The notes under the pieces were generated by a model. The model had not been told where the DNA came from, did no database searches, and was given only the letters and a program-made list of their open reading frames with translations. From the IMG/VR virus record IMGVR_UViG_3300024252_000005: 64,000 nt of DNA; one strand, given 5' to 3'. Made by a program: the position numbers and the translations under genes. Below, piece by piece: positions 9,257-20,064 of the stretch; the stretch's first letter is position 1, and the number at the start of each line of letters is the position of its first letter. This DNA is from a virus. Its lineage: Duplodnaviria > Caudoviricetes.

Positions 9257-11164
9257 ATGTTTATACAAACAAGATGTTTATATGTTGTAGGGAGTGACAG
9301 ACAAAATAGTCAAAAAATCTATTCTAGTCTTGATAATCTAGGATTAATTAACAAGCTATTTTCTAAAAGCGAAGATAGTATTGATGCTATTCATGGCTTT
9401 TTGCAGCTTTTACCAGATCAGACAGTTTTTTCAAAAAAAGTTGCTAATGTTGAAAAAGATTCAACGGGCTACTATATAAGCTTACCACTTTTCAGTTCTC
9501 ATTTGAAAATGCCAGTAAAATGTGGTGAATATATTTGGGTATATCCATATGAGTCAAGCTCACAATTATATTCTGCTTTTTCTATTAACTCATACTGGGT
9601 AAGTAGAGTGCATGGTCTAGATCATTCTGAAGATGCTAATTTTACATTTAACGATAGAGATTTTATATCAAACTTTTCAAGCAAGCGTCTGAGTAAAGAC
9701 TTTGAAGAAGAAAAAGAATCAAGAGCTAGAAAAAAGAAAGTCTTGAAAGCATACAAGTCTGATCAAAAAAACAATATTGTTAAACCTTCAATAAACTTTG
9801 GCGAATCTACATTTGAACTTGATAAAAGAGAAATTGAGTACTTGGAAAATAATTTGTCTTCATATACAAATAACTGTGTACCAAAAATCACAAATCAGTC
9901 TGAAGATTTGCTTGTTCAAGGATCTAATAATACATTTATAAAAATGACTTCTGATGGTGTTGATGTATATGGAAGTTATGCTAGAAACGCTGCAGGAAGT
10001 GGTGAAATAAAAATAGTTTCCGGCCCAGGAAAATATAGTAAAGGTTACGAATATTCTAAATCTGGTTTGTTTATAAATCAAAAAGGCCAGAAGTATTTAG
10101 ACTCACCTTATAATCTTTTAGTTTCTAGTGATTCACCTTCTCCAACGAAGTTAATTCACGAAAAAGAAAATTTTGAAGAAAATATAAAAAATGTTAACTT
10201 GTACTCTTTAGAAAACATTGAAAAAAATAGAAAAGATGAAGGAGCATTTGACATATTAGATGACTCTTCAAAAATACTAGTTTCAGAGAATGCAAATTAT
10301 AATAATGTCCTAAATGACAATTTTGATATTTATTTAAATTTGAGTAGTTTTTCTTTAGAAAAAATGACTTTTGGAATACCATCAAGTTTATTATCTGAAG
10401 AAGATTTAACGTTTAATATAAATAACTTTCAAAATAACTATGCAAACATTTCAGATTTTAATATGCCTTCTATTAGTTTAATATCTAATAGTATCAACAC
10501 ATTTTCAAGAATGGGTGCCGGTAGTATTTCTTTTATAAAAGAGTATTTCTCTTATGATCTTGAAAGACAATTAAACTCATATATAAGATTAGATAAAGAT
10601 GGTAACATATATATAGATGGAAATAGAATTTTTATAGGTAGCGAATCTCTAGAAAAAGAAAAAGGAACATTTGAAAACGGTAAAGGAACAATTGTTAATA
10701 TTGGTTTAGGAGAAGAAAGCCAATCACTTGTGCTGGGTGAACAACTAAAAGAGTACATTCAAGAAATGATATATGTAAATAGAGAAGACATGGATCTTAC
10801 AAAAAAGCTCTTTGAAGAAGTTAAAAATACACAGGCTGACATGGATAGCAATACTTTTGCTGAACTTGAATTTGCATTAAACGGAACAGTTCAAAGTTTG
10901 TTAGGCGAATCTGCAAGTATTATTGGCGCAGCTGGTCCAGCTTCTGGTGCAGTTACACAAATATTAGCAACTATAAATAGTCTAGTAACAGATTTACTGT
11001 CTGCAATAAATAGTGCAAATAGTGCAAATTTAGATAGATTACAAAAGCTATCAGACGAAATAGTTTTATCAAAACTTAAAAAAGACGAAGAGCTTTCTAG
11101 TAGAATGTTAAAGATTTCAGATAATATTGATAAAATTTTAAGTAAAATTAGTAAAACATCTTAA
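9257..11164 (+). CDS. Putative baseplate hub/central spike protein (gp5/gpV-like)
   Basis: SLPLFSSHLKMPVKCGEYIWV...YW resembles a gp5-type N-terminal OB-fold; short beta-strand repeats (DLLVQGSNNTFIKM, YIRLDKDGNIYIDG); lies immediately upstream of gp25 and gp6-like genes. Confidence 0.45.
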   Translation: MFIQTRCLYVVGSDRQNSQKIYSSLDNLGLINKLFSKSEDSIDAIHGFLQLLPDQTVFSKKVANVEKDSTGYYISLPLFSSHLKMPVKCGEYIWVYPYESSSQLYSAFSINSYWVSRVHGLDHSEDANFTFNDRDFISNFSSKRLSKDFEEEKESRARKKKVLKAYKSDQKNNIVKPSINFGESTFELDKREIEYLENNLSSYTNNCVPKITNQSEDLLVQGSNNTFIKMTSDGVDVYGSYARNAAGSGEIKIVSGPGKYSKGYEYSKSGLFINQKGQKYLDSPYNLLVSSDSPSPTKLIHEKENFEENIKNVNLYSLENIEKNRKDEGAFDILDDSSKILVSENANYNNVLNDNFDIYLNLSSFSLEKMTFGIPSSLLSEEDLTFNINNFQNNYANISDFNMPSISLISNSINTFSRMGAGSISFIKEYFSYDLERQLNSYIRLDKDGNIYIDGNRIFIGSESLEKEKGTFENGKGTIVNIGLGEESQSLVLGEQLKEYIQEMIYVNREDMDLTKKLFEEVKNTQADMDSNTFAELEFALNGTVQSLLGESASIIGAAGPASGAVTQILATINSLVTDLLSAINSANSANLDRLQKLSDEIVLSKLKKDEELSSRMLKISDNIDKILSKISKTS

Positions 11165-11205
11165 GTATTATTTATTAAGCTAAATATTTATGTTTGAGGT
11201 GTAAC

Positions 11206-11703
11206 ATGTCAGAAATTAAATTTTTAAATACAGGGCAAACATTACAAGAAAAAAACGAGAAAGAACTACTCGACTCAAAGAGTATCAAAAGTGATATTTT
11301 ACCATTAGGTATTAAAATGCCGCTTGAAAGAGGTTCAAAATCATATGAATCGTTATTCAAGATGAATACAAATATTTTTGATCAAGTTTCAAACAACTTC
11401 AAAACTTTTTTGATGACAAAAAAAGGCGAATTACTTTGCAAACCTAACTTCGGAACTATATTACATGAAATATATAATAAGACTGACTTAGAACTAGACG
11501 ATATAGAAAATATTGTTATGGAAGAAATACAAAGCAGTGTTTCAGAGTTTTTTCCTTTTATTAATTTAATAGATTTTGAGTCAAAAGAAGTTACAAATAA
11601 TAGCAATGATGCAAATTATATGCTTGTTACTATAAGATATTTTATTCAGGGCTTCGAAAATAGAAAAAATAGTTTAGAGCTAAGAATTAGGAGATCTGTT
11701 TAA
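11206..11703 (+). CDS. gp25: Baseplate wedge subunit, gp25/GPW family
   Basis: DQVSNNFKTFLMTKKGE...PNFGT motif. Probable start is the ATG at 11206 after GAGGTG (ORF track starts at the TTG at 11194). Confidence 0.85.
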   Translation: MSEIKFLNTGQTLQEKNEKELLDSKSIKSDILPLGIKMPLERGSKSYESLFKMNTNIFDQVSNNFKTFLMTKKGELLCKPNFGTILHEIYNKTDLELDDIENIVMEEIQSSVSEFFPFINLIDFESKEVTNNSNDANYMLVTIRYFIQGFENRKNSLELRIRRSV

Positions 11704-13565
11704 TGTCTATAAACGTATCTAAAAAATTAATCAATCAAAGAAAAAATCAATATATAAACAAAACATTCGAAGATTTTAGAAATGAGCTGATTAACTATGC
11801 AAATACAAACTTTTCAAATCAAATACAAGACTTTTCTGAAAGTTCGTTGGGAGGAATGCTGTTAGACTTTGCTGCTATTGTAGGTGACTCTTTGTCTTTT
11901 TATGTTGAACAACAATTTAGCGAATTAAGTTATGAAACAGCTACAAGTACATCAAATATTGTTAAGCATCTAAGAAAAGCAGGCGTTAAAGGTGGAAATG
12001 CTTCACCGTCTAGTGTATATGTAACATTTTTTATTGAAGTTGACATTGATACAGACGCAAGCATAAATGATATGCTTCCAGATGCTAATCAGCTTCCAAT
12101 AATCAAAGCAGGTACGACTTTAATTTCTGATGACGGTATTGATTTTATACTATCTGAAGATGTTGATTTCAGATCAAACTATGTAAAAGAAATATCAGAA
12201 GAAGGTGAGAATGGCGCTGCTATAAAGCTAATACTTGAGAAGAAAGGTTTATGTACGTCAGGAATTTTTACTTCTGAAACTGTTTCTTTTGACTCAGACA
12301 ATCAAAACTTTTTCTTATCATATAATATACAGAACGAAAACGTACAAAATATTGTTAAAATAGTTGATAGCGATTTAAATGAATATTATGAAGTTGAATT
12401 TTTAAGCCAAAATACTGTCTATTTAAAAGTAGAAGATGCAAAAGAAAATTATTTGTACCCAACTTCAGCACCTTTTAGATACGTTGTAGAAAGAAACTTT
12501 CAAAATAATACTTCTACAGTTAGATTTGGAAATGGAAGTGGAAAAACAATTGAAGATAATATCTTGACTAACCCTGAAGATTTGCTTGTTCCTTTAAAAA
12601 ATAGAAGTTATAGCGAGAGTATATCATTAGATCCAAATAGCTTGATTAAATCTAATTCTCTAGGTGTTTCTCCTGCAGGCAAAACGTTGACGATTGAGTA
12701 TATTTATGGAGGTGGAGAAGACCATAATGTTGCAGCAGGATCAATTGAAACAATTGTCAACCCGATATTAGTTTTCCCTAATGTGGGTGATGGCAATGCG
12801 GATATTGATGGAATAATTTCAAGTGTCACAGAAACTCTAGATGCTTTTAACGAAGAAGAAGCTGTTGGTGGAACGAATAGCTTGACATTAGAAGAACTAA
12901 GACTACAAATACCAAATACTTTGGTATCACAAAATAGAATTGTAAATGAAAAAGATTTAATATCTAGAATCTATACAATGCCATCAGACTATGGTAAAGT
13001 TCATAAAATTGCATTATTAGAAAATCAATATACTAACCTGTCAAAAGATCTTTTTGTTATATGCAAAAACAATGTGGGCTTTTACGTTCATGCAAATGAT
13101 GCATTAAAAATGAATCTCAAGAATTTCATAAATAACTACAGAGTCCTAGGTGATAGTTTTAATATATTAGATACGTCTATTTATAATTTTGGAATAGAAT
13201 TAACTATTAAAGTAAAATCATCATTTGTTGTTGAAAATGTTTTAGATAACGTTATATCAAGAATTATACAGAATATGAGATTCGAAACTTTACAGATTAA
13301 CGAAGCTATAAATGTTAACGATATTATTAATATAGTCTTAAATACTGATGGCGTTTCTAGTATAGTAACGTTACCTGAAAATATTGTTAATTCAAAAAGC
13401 TTCCAGGATGACTTCTTTGACGAAGAAGAAGAAATAGACATAGAGTATTCAAATAGTAATTTTTCTCCAAAGCAACAATTTCAGGATGGTTTTATTTATC
13501 CCTTAAGAGGCGGAATATTTGAGTTCAAGCATGACAACTATGATATTGTTGTTAGAAATGGATAA
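11703..13565 (+). CDS. gp6: Baseplate wedge protein, T4 gp6 / baseplate J-like
   Basis: YINKTFEDFRNELINY...DFSESS.GGMLLD..A.VGD.LSFY; VRFGNG; GG...HNVAAGSI; AVGG...LEELR....QNRIV...D. TAATG coupling to gp25. Confidence 0.85.
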   Translation: MSINVSKKLINQRKNQYINKTFEDFRNELINYANTNFSNQIQDFSESSLGGMLLDFAAIVGDSLSFYVEQQFSELSYETATSTSNIVKHLRKAGVKGGNASPSSVYVTFFIEVDIDTDASINDMLPDANQLPIIKAGTTLISDDGIDFILSEDVDFRSNYVKEISEEGENGAAIKLILEKKGLCTSGIFTSETVSFDSDNQNFFLSYNIQNENVQNIVKIVDSDLNEYYEVEFLSQNTVYLKVEDAKENYLYPTSAPFRYVVERNFQNNTSTVRFGNGSGKTIEDNILTNPEDLLVPLKNRSYSESISLDPNSLIKSNSLGVSPAGKTLTIEYIYGGGEDHNVAAGSIETIVNPILVFPNVGDGNADIDGIISSVTETLDAFNEEEAVGGTNSLTLEELRLQIPNTLVSQNRIVNEKDLISRIYTMPSDYGKVHKIALLENQYTNLSKDLFVICKNNVGFYVHANDALKMNLKNFINNYRVLGDSFNILDTSIYNFGIELTIKVKSSFVVENVLDNVISRIIQNMRFETLQINEAINVNDIINIVLNTDGVSSIVTLPENIVNSKSFQDDFFDEEEEIDIEYSNSNFSPKQQFQDGFIYPLRGGIFEFKHDNYDIVVRNG

Positions 13566-13568
13566 AAG

Positions 13569-15482
13569 ATGATAATAACAGAAAATGCTGTAAAAGACAC
13601 ATACGTTACAGATCTTTCAACGCAATATAATAAAGGAGTAGATGCTAACTTTGGTCAAGCATCAACACTTGACTTATTTAAAATCGTAGGTGAAAATAAA
13701 AACGTTAAGCCTAGGTCACTTTTTACAATATTAGATGTCACTAGTGATCTTGTAGCTAGTAAAACGTTTACTTTAAAAGATAGTAGTGACAATAGTGTAG
13801 TTTTTATTATAGATAGTGGCTCAACGCATGAAGACGGTAGAGTTGATGCTAGTGGAAGAGTTATCATAGGAATTAACAACGTTTCTGCTGGTGTTAATCA
13901 ACTTCAGAAAGTAATAAATGCTATAAATAGTGTTTCTAGCTTTAATCAATCTGATCAAGGCGCTCCTGCTCCAGATGGTCAACAAAACTTAAAGCTTAAT
14001 ATTACTGCAACAAAATTAGAGGATTCAAAAATTCTGCTAGAACAGAATATAGCAGGAAAATCAGGTGATGGAGTAGTTACACATGATGCATCTGGCAATT
14101 TTAGCATTACACCTTTTAGAAGATTTGAGCACTCGTCAATATTACTTAAATTTGATCTTGCCTCTTTTAAAACAAACAATGTTACTACTTATGGAAGCTC
14201 TGCATTTAATAGTAATTTTAAAGCACAGTTAAAGCTAAAAGATGTTGGGAGTTCATCTGTAAGACCAAAAGACTTTAAGTTAAGACTAAGAGTTTTAAAT
14301 GAAGATTTTAATGAAGGTTTAGGCAGGGACACAGTCCACTTTTCAGATTTAGGTGATGCTAACTTTAAAACAATTAACACTAAAACAAGCAAAGTCTGGA
14401 CAAAAGAAGGTATTGTTACTTCGACAGATACATCATTACTAGCACAAGCTGTCTTTTCAACATTAGACATAGAAGATGGGAGCGAAGACATAGTTTTTGA
14501 TATAACTTCATATATTCAACATTATCTTAATACAGGTAGTAGTTTAAGTCAGTGTTTTGTAATTGATTTTGATCATGAAAACATGTTTGATGCAAATACT
14601 TATTTTTTAAAAAGGTTTGCTAGTAGAAATAACTTTAATAAAAACTACCATCCAAAAATTGAAATGAAAATAAAAGACACAGTCTTTGACATTATCACAT
14701 ATAAAGATAAAAAAAGATATCTAGATAATACAGAAAATTTTTATTTAACAAATATAATCGATAAGTCTCCAACAGCTTTTAGTGCAAACTTAAAGTTAGA
14801 GTTTTCATATTTAGATACAGATGGTTCAACAAATATACTGAGTAATAATGTAATAGATGCCACTGCAGTTAAAAATTACAAAGGTTCAGACATCCCGGGA
14901 ATTAAAAAGTTTGCTTTGACAAATAATGTTATTCAAAGCACAGAATCAAATTCAAAATTTAAAGCTGAGCTGATTAAAAATGGTTATGTAGATATAACTT
15001 TAAAATATTTTTATGACAGCAACACAGATGGTGACGTTGATAGTGACGAAATAATACTGAAAACAGAAACAGTTAAGTTTTACTTGCCTGATAGTAATCT
15101 TGAGGTATTTAGAAATGTAAGAGTTGTTGTTGACTCAGATCACAAGTCTATGAAAGTTAACAATGACTTCAAGCAGCTTAAGTTAAGTTTTATTGATACG
15201 AAGAAACAATATGATGCTGTTAAGGTTCCTGTAGACTTAATATCAGAAAATATTGGGAATGTTAATTACTCAATGTTTGATGTTGACACAGGTGAAGAGA
15301 TAATTTCAAAAGATGGTTATTACACAAAGCTTATTTACAATGGAGAATATTATCATTTGAATCTATATGCATCTAAAAATTACAAGAATAAAAGAGCAAG
15401 CTTTGTTTTCTATTATACAGACTATTTTTCTGGTCTTGAAAAACAAATATTTGACAAAAGTTTAATTATAAGGTTTGAATAA
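13569..15482 (+). CDS. Virion/baseplate structural protein
   Basis: KDTYVT...NFG..STLDLFK and SILLKFDL beta-sandwich motifs (DNRLRE-like); lies within the baseplate operon. Confidence 0.5.
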   Translation: MIITENAVKDTYVTDLSTQYNKGVDANFGQASTLDLFKIVGENKNVKPRSLFTILDVTSDLVASKTFTLKDSSDNSVVFIIDSGSTHEDGRVDASGRVIIGINNVSAGVNQLQKVINAINSVSSFNQSDQGAPAPDGQQNLKLNITATKLEDSKILLEQNIAGKSGDGVVTHDASGNFSITPFRRFEHSSILLKFDLASFKTNNVTTYGSSAFNSNFKAQLKLKDVGSSSVRPKDFKLRLRVLNEDFNEGLGRDTVHFSDLGDANFKTINTKTSKVWTKEGIVTSTDTSLLAQAVFSTLDIEDGSEDIVFDITSYIQHYLNTGSSLSQCFVIDFDHENMFDANTYFLKRFASRNNFNKNYHPKIEMKIKDTVFDIITYKDKKRYLDNTENFYLTNIIDKSPTAFSANLKLEFSYLDTDGSTNILSNNVIDATAVKNYKGSDIPGIKKFALTNNVIQSTESNSKFKAELIKNGYVDITLKYFYDSNTDGDVDSDEIILKTETVKFYLPDSNLEVFRNVRVVVDSDHKSMKVNNDFKQLKLSFIDTKKQYDAVKVPVDLISENIGNVNYSMFDVDTGEEIISKDGYYTKLIYNGEYYHLNLYASKNYKNKRASFVFYYTDYFSGLEKQIFDKSLIIRFE

Positions 15483-18400
15483 TGTCTAGACAAGCAGGAT
15501 CAGCTTCTTTAAGAAGATTACATGTTAATAATTCTATTTTTAAAAAAAAAGGGTATAATAGCAACACGAAATTAACTTCTGTTGAAAGAACAGCGAAAAA
15601 CAAACATATTACTAAGGATAGTGAAACTCTATTTAACGAGGATAAATCTGAGTACTTTGGTAGAATAGACGATTACGAAGGGCTTTTTACAACTCAACAG
15701 CTTGTAAACGTTGATTTTTCTAAATTTGAAAATCACGTATTTTTTGATTCTGCAGTAAGTAAAGTTCATTATGCATACAGAAAAATACTCAATGAATTTC
15801 CATATGACAAAACAGAATACGATGTTAATCAGTATTTTCTAAACTTAGATGGATTTACAAAACATATTTATGACAATCACATACCTAAAAACTTAGGATA
15901 TTTAAGATTTGATGGAAACAATGAAGTTTTCATAAAAGATAAAAATGGAAACTTGTTTAATGATTACAAAGGCGAAGTAAAATCAGGTCTTTTTGATATA
16001 AATAGAAACAAGTTTAGCTTTGACTTTTGGTTATATATTGACTCTCAAGCAAATAGTACAGCTTTTGGAACACAAATAATATTCCAGAAAAAAGATGATT
16101 CAGATAATGGAATAACAATATATGCAGATAACTTTACTACTTTAGATAACATTAATTACTGCGATTTAAATCTAGTAATATCAAACAATAATAATTTCCA
16201 TAAGTCTGTTTCGCAAGTAGAGCTAGGAAAATTCAATCATGTTAACTTTACAACAATTATTGTTCAAGGAAAAAGATTTACAAATTTTTATTATAACGGC
16301 AAACAGAAAAGTGTAACTCAAGATGGATCTTTAAACGTAAGCGAAAAGCTACAAAATGACTTTATTAAATCTAATGCTTTTATTGGAAATGGATCTAATC
16401 ACGCAATATTAGCAAATAACACTTTAAATGTGACAAGGACTTCGGGTCTAATAGGTTATATAGATGAATTTAGATTCTTTGTAAATTCTAGAAAAAGAAA
16501 AGACATTGTAGTAGAAAAAAATAAAAACATACATTCAGTTCCAGCACTAAATATATATTATAAGTTCAATGAGCCTTCCGGAGTATATACTAATAACAAT
16601 ATATGTTTAGATTCTTCTGGCAAAAAAGTTCACGGGCTAATAAGGAAAAATTCTGGTGGTAGCGCTTGGCAAGAATCAGAAATAAGTGAATATAGAACAA
16701 AAGACATAAATATTGATACACCAATAAAGTATGAAGTATTAAATAAATCACCTGTTATATTTCCTAATTTTTCCAATACTTTGCTAAGCCAAAAATCTTT
16801 ATTAGAAAATGCAGAAATTTATGATAAACAAAATCCTAACGTATTCTGGAAACTTTTTCCCAAGTATTTATTTGTAGAATCATCTGATAATGACGGTGTT
16901 GACAATATATTTGTAACAAAAGAAGAAGTTGCTATAGATCAAACAAACACTAAAGTGTTATTTGGAGTTACTGAACCTGGAAACTCTACGTTGATAAATC
17001 TAATTACTATATGGTCAAGGTTTTTTGATCAATTAAAATGCTATATAGATAACATATCTAAGATTATTGACTTAAACTATGACGACTTAAACAATAATAA
17101 ACAATCTAGCATAATATTGCCAACTGCTTTGTCACAAATGGGATTTGAATTTAAAGAAATATTTCCAGATATTATTCTAGACAAACTGGAAGGTAAAAAT
17201 TTAACTCATGAAGAAGTATTTAGTCAAAAATCAATTAGACAGATTCAAAACGTATTATGGAAAAGATTTTTAATTAATTCACAAGATTTCATAAGAAGCA
17301 AAGGAACAATAAACTCTATAAAATCTGTTTTCAATAGCTTTGGATTAGAACCTGATACATTTGTTAGTATAAGAGAGTTTAACTCTCAAAACAAGCTTAA
17401 TATGTCTACTTCATTTATAGAAAAAAATAAAGCACTGAAACTTGTAGACTTTTTTGATAATGGTATAATTAATACTTCTGAAACTTTTGACAATGTAAGC
17501 GGTTATCCCGCTAATAGATTGTTATTAGAGACACAAATGTATGACTCAAACAATAATATATTTTTAGATTTTACATCTAATTGGTCGTTAGAAGCGTATG
17601 TCAAATTTGATCAGCTTAAGCTAGAATCTTACAACAATAAACAATCAATATTTAGAATAGACAAAGAGGACAATGTTAATAGCAAAGTTCCCTATATAAA
17701 CTTAGTATTTTCTAGAGATAAATCTACAGACATTTCAGGCACTTTTACATTGTATGTTAGGGAAACAAATAATAATAGTCAAATCGTAGCATCTAGCTTG
17801 AACGACGTTAACTTGTTTGACGGTAAGTTACATTATATATGCATAAACAGAAAACATTTAACTGATAGCTATTCTCGTTACAATTTGTTTGAGTGCAATT
17901 CAGATTTTGGATCTAAAAACAAAGCAATTAATCAAGTTGAGTCTGTAGTTAACATAAAAGATAAAGACTTTTCTATAAATAAACCTTTTGTTAGAACAGG
18001 CATTGTCAAATCAGGTTTTTATGATAATGTAGTTACAAGCGAAAATATAAATTATACTAGGTTTGAGGGATTAATTGGCACAATTAGGCTTTGGCAAAAA
18101 GAGTTGACAAAAAAAGAAATATTAGTACATAAAACTGATATTTCCAATTCAGGCGTAGATTCATCAAACATAAAAGATGTTCACGATACGCTGATATTGC
18201 ATACAAATCTAAGAGAGAAATTAGAAACTAACTCAAATGGATTAGTAGGAATTGATAATAATTATTTTGAGCTATTTAATGAAGTAACAAGAATAAACAA
18301 TACTGCAAATGATATAAAATCTAAAATATATATAGATAATAATTACTTGACGTTGACAAAAAACATATTTAAGTTAATTGACTATATAGTTCTAGAACAA

Positions 18401-19036
18401 ACAAGTAAAATTGATTATCCAGAAAATTTTAGTAGAGTAAACATAAACTCTTTAAGCAACACAAAGTTAATGGAAGATTATGAAAATTTTAACGTTAATC
18501 CTAACTTCTCTACAGAGTCTAAATTTGCAAACTTTGAAGATATAAGATTATCTATAGACTTTTCTGTTTCCAATTTTATTGACAAAGAAATATCAAAAAT
18601 AATACTTGTAAACGATTATTTTACTCAAAACCTTAGTAATGCTTCATCTTTGTTTGAAGATAGTTACCAAAGTTTACATGAGCTAAGAAATGTATTTTAT
18701 GAAAAACTTGAAAAAGAGCTAAATATAAAAATACTATACCAAATTTACAAATATTATGATAATATTCTTGAAGACATTCTCTATCAGGCAGTACCTAGCA
18801 AGGTTCACTACCATGGCTTTAATTTTGTTTATGAATCTTCGATTGCTGAAAGAAATAAGTATCAATATAGAATGTCTGATAGTAGAATTGGATATGTTGA
18901 CTTGGAAAGCTATGTAAGTTTTGATACTTATAACAAAAGATATTCTGCAGAATTTAATATCAACGGTTTTTCAAGAAGAAACACAATATCAGATTTGAAT
19001 CCAGACAATAGCATTATAAGAAAGAGTTGGACATGA
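15482..19036 (+). CDS. Large virion protein with LamG/concanavalin-like domains
   Basis: FSFDFWLYID...GYIDEFRF...YYKFNEP and WSLEAYVKF...GTIRLW LamG-like motifs; KSKGT-like IRSKGTINSIKSVF baseplate motif; TAATG coupling. Confidence 0.6.
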   Translation: MSRQAGSASLRRLHVNNSIFKKKGYNSNTKLTSVERTAKNKHITKDSETLFNEDKSEYFGRIDDYEGLFTTQQLVNVDFSKFENHVFFDSAVSKVHYAYRKILNEFPYDKTEYDVNQYFLNLDGFTKHIYDNHIPKNLGYLRFDGNNEVFIKDKNGNLFNDYKGEVKSGLFDINRNKFSFDFWLYIDSQANSTAFGTQIIFQKKDDSDNGITIYADNFTTLDNINYCDLNLVISNNNNFHKSVSQVELGKFNHVNFTTIIVQGKRFTNFYYNGKQKSVTQDGSLNVSEKLQNDFIKSNAFIGNGSNHAILANNTLNVTRTSGLIGYIDEFRFFVNSRKRKDIVVEKNKNIHSVPALNIYYKFNEPSGVYTNNNICLDSSGKKVHGLIRKNSGGSAWQESEISEYRTKDINIDTPIKYEVLNKSPVIFPNFSNTLLSQKSLLENAEIYDKQNPNVFWKLFPKYLFVESSDNDGVDNIFVTKEEVAIDQTNTKVLFGVTEPGNSTLINLITIWSRFFDQLKCYIDNISKIIDLNYDDLNNNKQSSIILPTALSQMGFEFKEIFPDIILDKLEGKNLTHEEVFSQKSIRQIQNVLWKRFLINSQDFIRSKGTINSIKSVFNSFGLEPDTFVSIREFNSQNKLNMSTSFIEKNKALKLVDFFDNGIINTSETFDNVSGYPANRLLLETQMYDSNNNIFLDFTSNWSLEAYVKFDQLKLESYNNKQSIFRIDKEDNVNSKVPYINLVFSRDKSTDISGTFTLYVRETNNNSQIVASSLNDVNLFDGKLHYICINRKHLTDSYSRYNLFECNSDFGSKNKAINQVESVVNIKDKDFSINKPFVRTGIVKSGFYDNVVTSENINYTRFEGLIGTIRLWQKELTKKEILVHKTDISNSGVDSSNIKDVHDTLILHTNLREKLETNSNGLVGIDNNYFELFNEVTRINNTANDIKSKIYIDNNYLTLTKNIFKLIDYIVLEQTSKIDYPENFSRVNINSLSNTKLMEDYENFNVNPNFSTESKFANFEDIRLSIDFSVSNFIDKEISKIILVNDYFTQNLSNASSLFEDSYQSLHELRNVFYEKLEKELNIKILYQIYKYYDNILEDILYQAVPSKVHYHGFNFVYESSIAERNKYQYRMSDSRIGYVDLESYVSFDTYNKRYSAEFNINGFSRRNTISDLNPDNSIIRKSWT

Positions 19037-20064
19037 TTATCGTTAATATCGAAGGCTATCCGTCACATTTATTCAAAGAAGGCTCAGGTTATTTCGTAGA
19101 ATACAAAAGAAGAAATTCTAATACTTTAAATAGAAAATCAAATAACTATATAAAAAAAGAATCAAATAGTTATACAGTTAGAATGAGTTTCAATGCACTT
19201 GATTTTGTAAAAAGAAATATTAATAGTCAAAAATATTCAAATTTTTTCAAAGAAGACAAAGAAATATATATAAAACCTTATAATGATACAAGTAACGAAT
19301 ATATCGACTTACCTTTGAATACTTCTTTTTATAGAAAAAATATTGGTCATTATGACAACAATGAATCACAATTAAATATTGACTTTGATTACTTTAAAGA
19401 TAGACATAAGTTTGAAACAATAGACTACATAGGTATAAGTGAGTCTGAAATGGGAGAATATCCGCACCCAATCAGATTTAACGATTCAGACTTTTATAGA
19501 AGGGGAGCAAGAATAGAAGTTTTTGATAGTGTTAAGAGAATACAACAGTATAGTTTTGGTGTAGACAGCTTAAAAGGTATTAAAGGGAGCTCTTTTAGTA
19601 ATGGCGTTAATGGAATAAAAGAAAACGTTCATATTAAAAATTATACTATAAAAGATCAAATGCCAAACAGTTTTTTTGAAGATGGCATATTAGAAGGAAT
19701 ACTTTATAACAGTAATGATAAGTACAAAGTTGAATATAACGATCATATTCCTCCTGTGTTAGTAGAAGTAAAAACAAATAGACATTCTAATGAACCTAGA
19801 TTTGTAACCTTTAATTCTCAGAAAACAGAACCTTTTAAAGATGTAGCTTCTAATAAAAGAGATATTCTTGTAAATAATGATTCAAATTTCTTCTATAATA
19901 AATTAAGAGATGAATCTTTAAATGATATATTAATATTAAACAGAAATAATAATAATATTTATGATCTTGAAGAAGAAAAGATATATTCTAAACTAGGAAA
20001 AGCTATAGACTATTCAAAAAACACTGGTGAAGAGTCCTTTTTTTATCATGAAAGTATAGACTAA
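19027..20064 (+). CDS. Hypothetical protein (virion module)
   Basis: 345-aa ORF overlapping its neighbours in a coupled operon. Confidence 0.55.
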   Translation: MDMIIVNIEGYPSHLFKEGSGYFVEYKRRNSNTLNRKSNNYIKKESNSYTVRMSFNALDFVKRNINSQKYSNFFKEDKEIYIKPYNDTSNEYIDLPLNTSFYRKNIGHYDNNESQLNIDFDYFKDRHKFETIDYIGISESEMGEYPHPIRFNDSDFYRRGARIEVFDSVKRIQQYSFGVDSLKGIKGSSFSNGVNGIKENVHIKNYTIKDQMPNSFFEDGILEGILYNSNDKYKVEYNDHIPPVLVEVKTNRHSNEPRFVTFNSQKTEPFKDVASNKRDILVNNDSNFFYNKLRDESLNDILILNRNNNNIYDLEEEKIYSKLGKAIDYSKNTGEESFFYHESID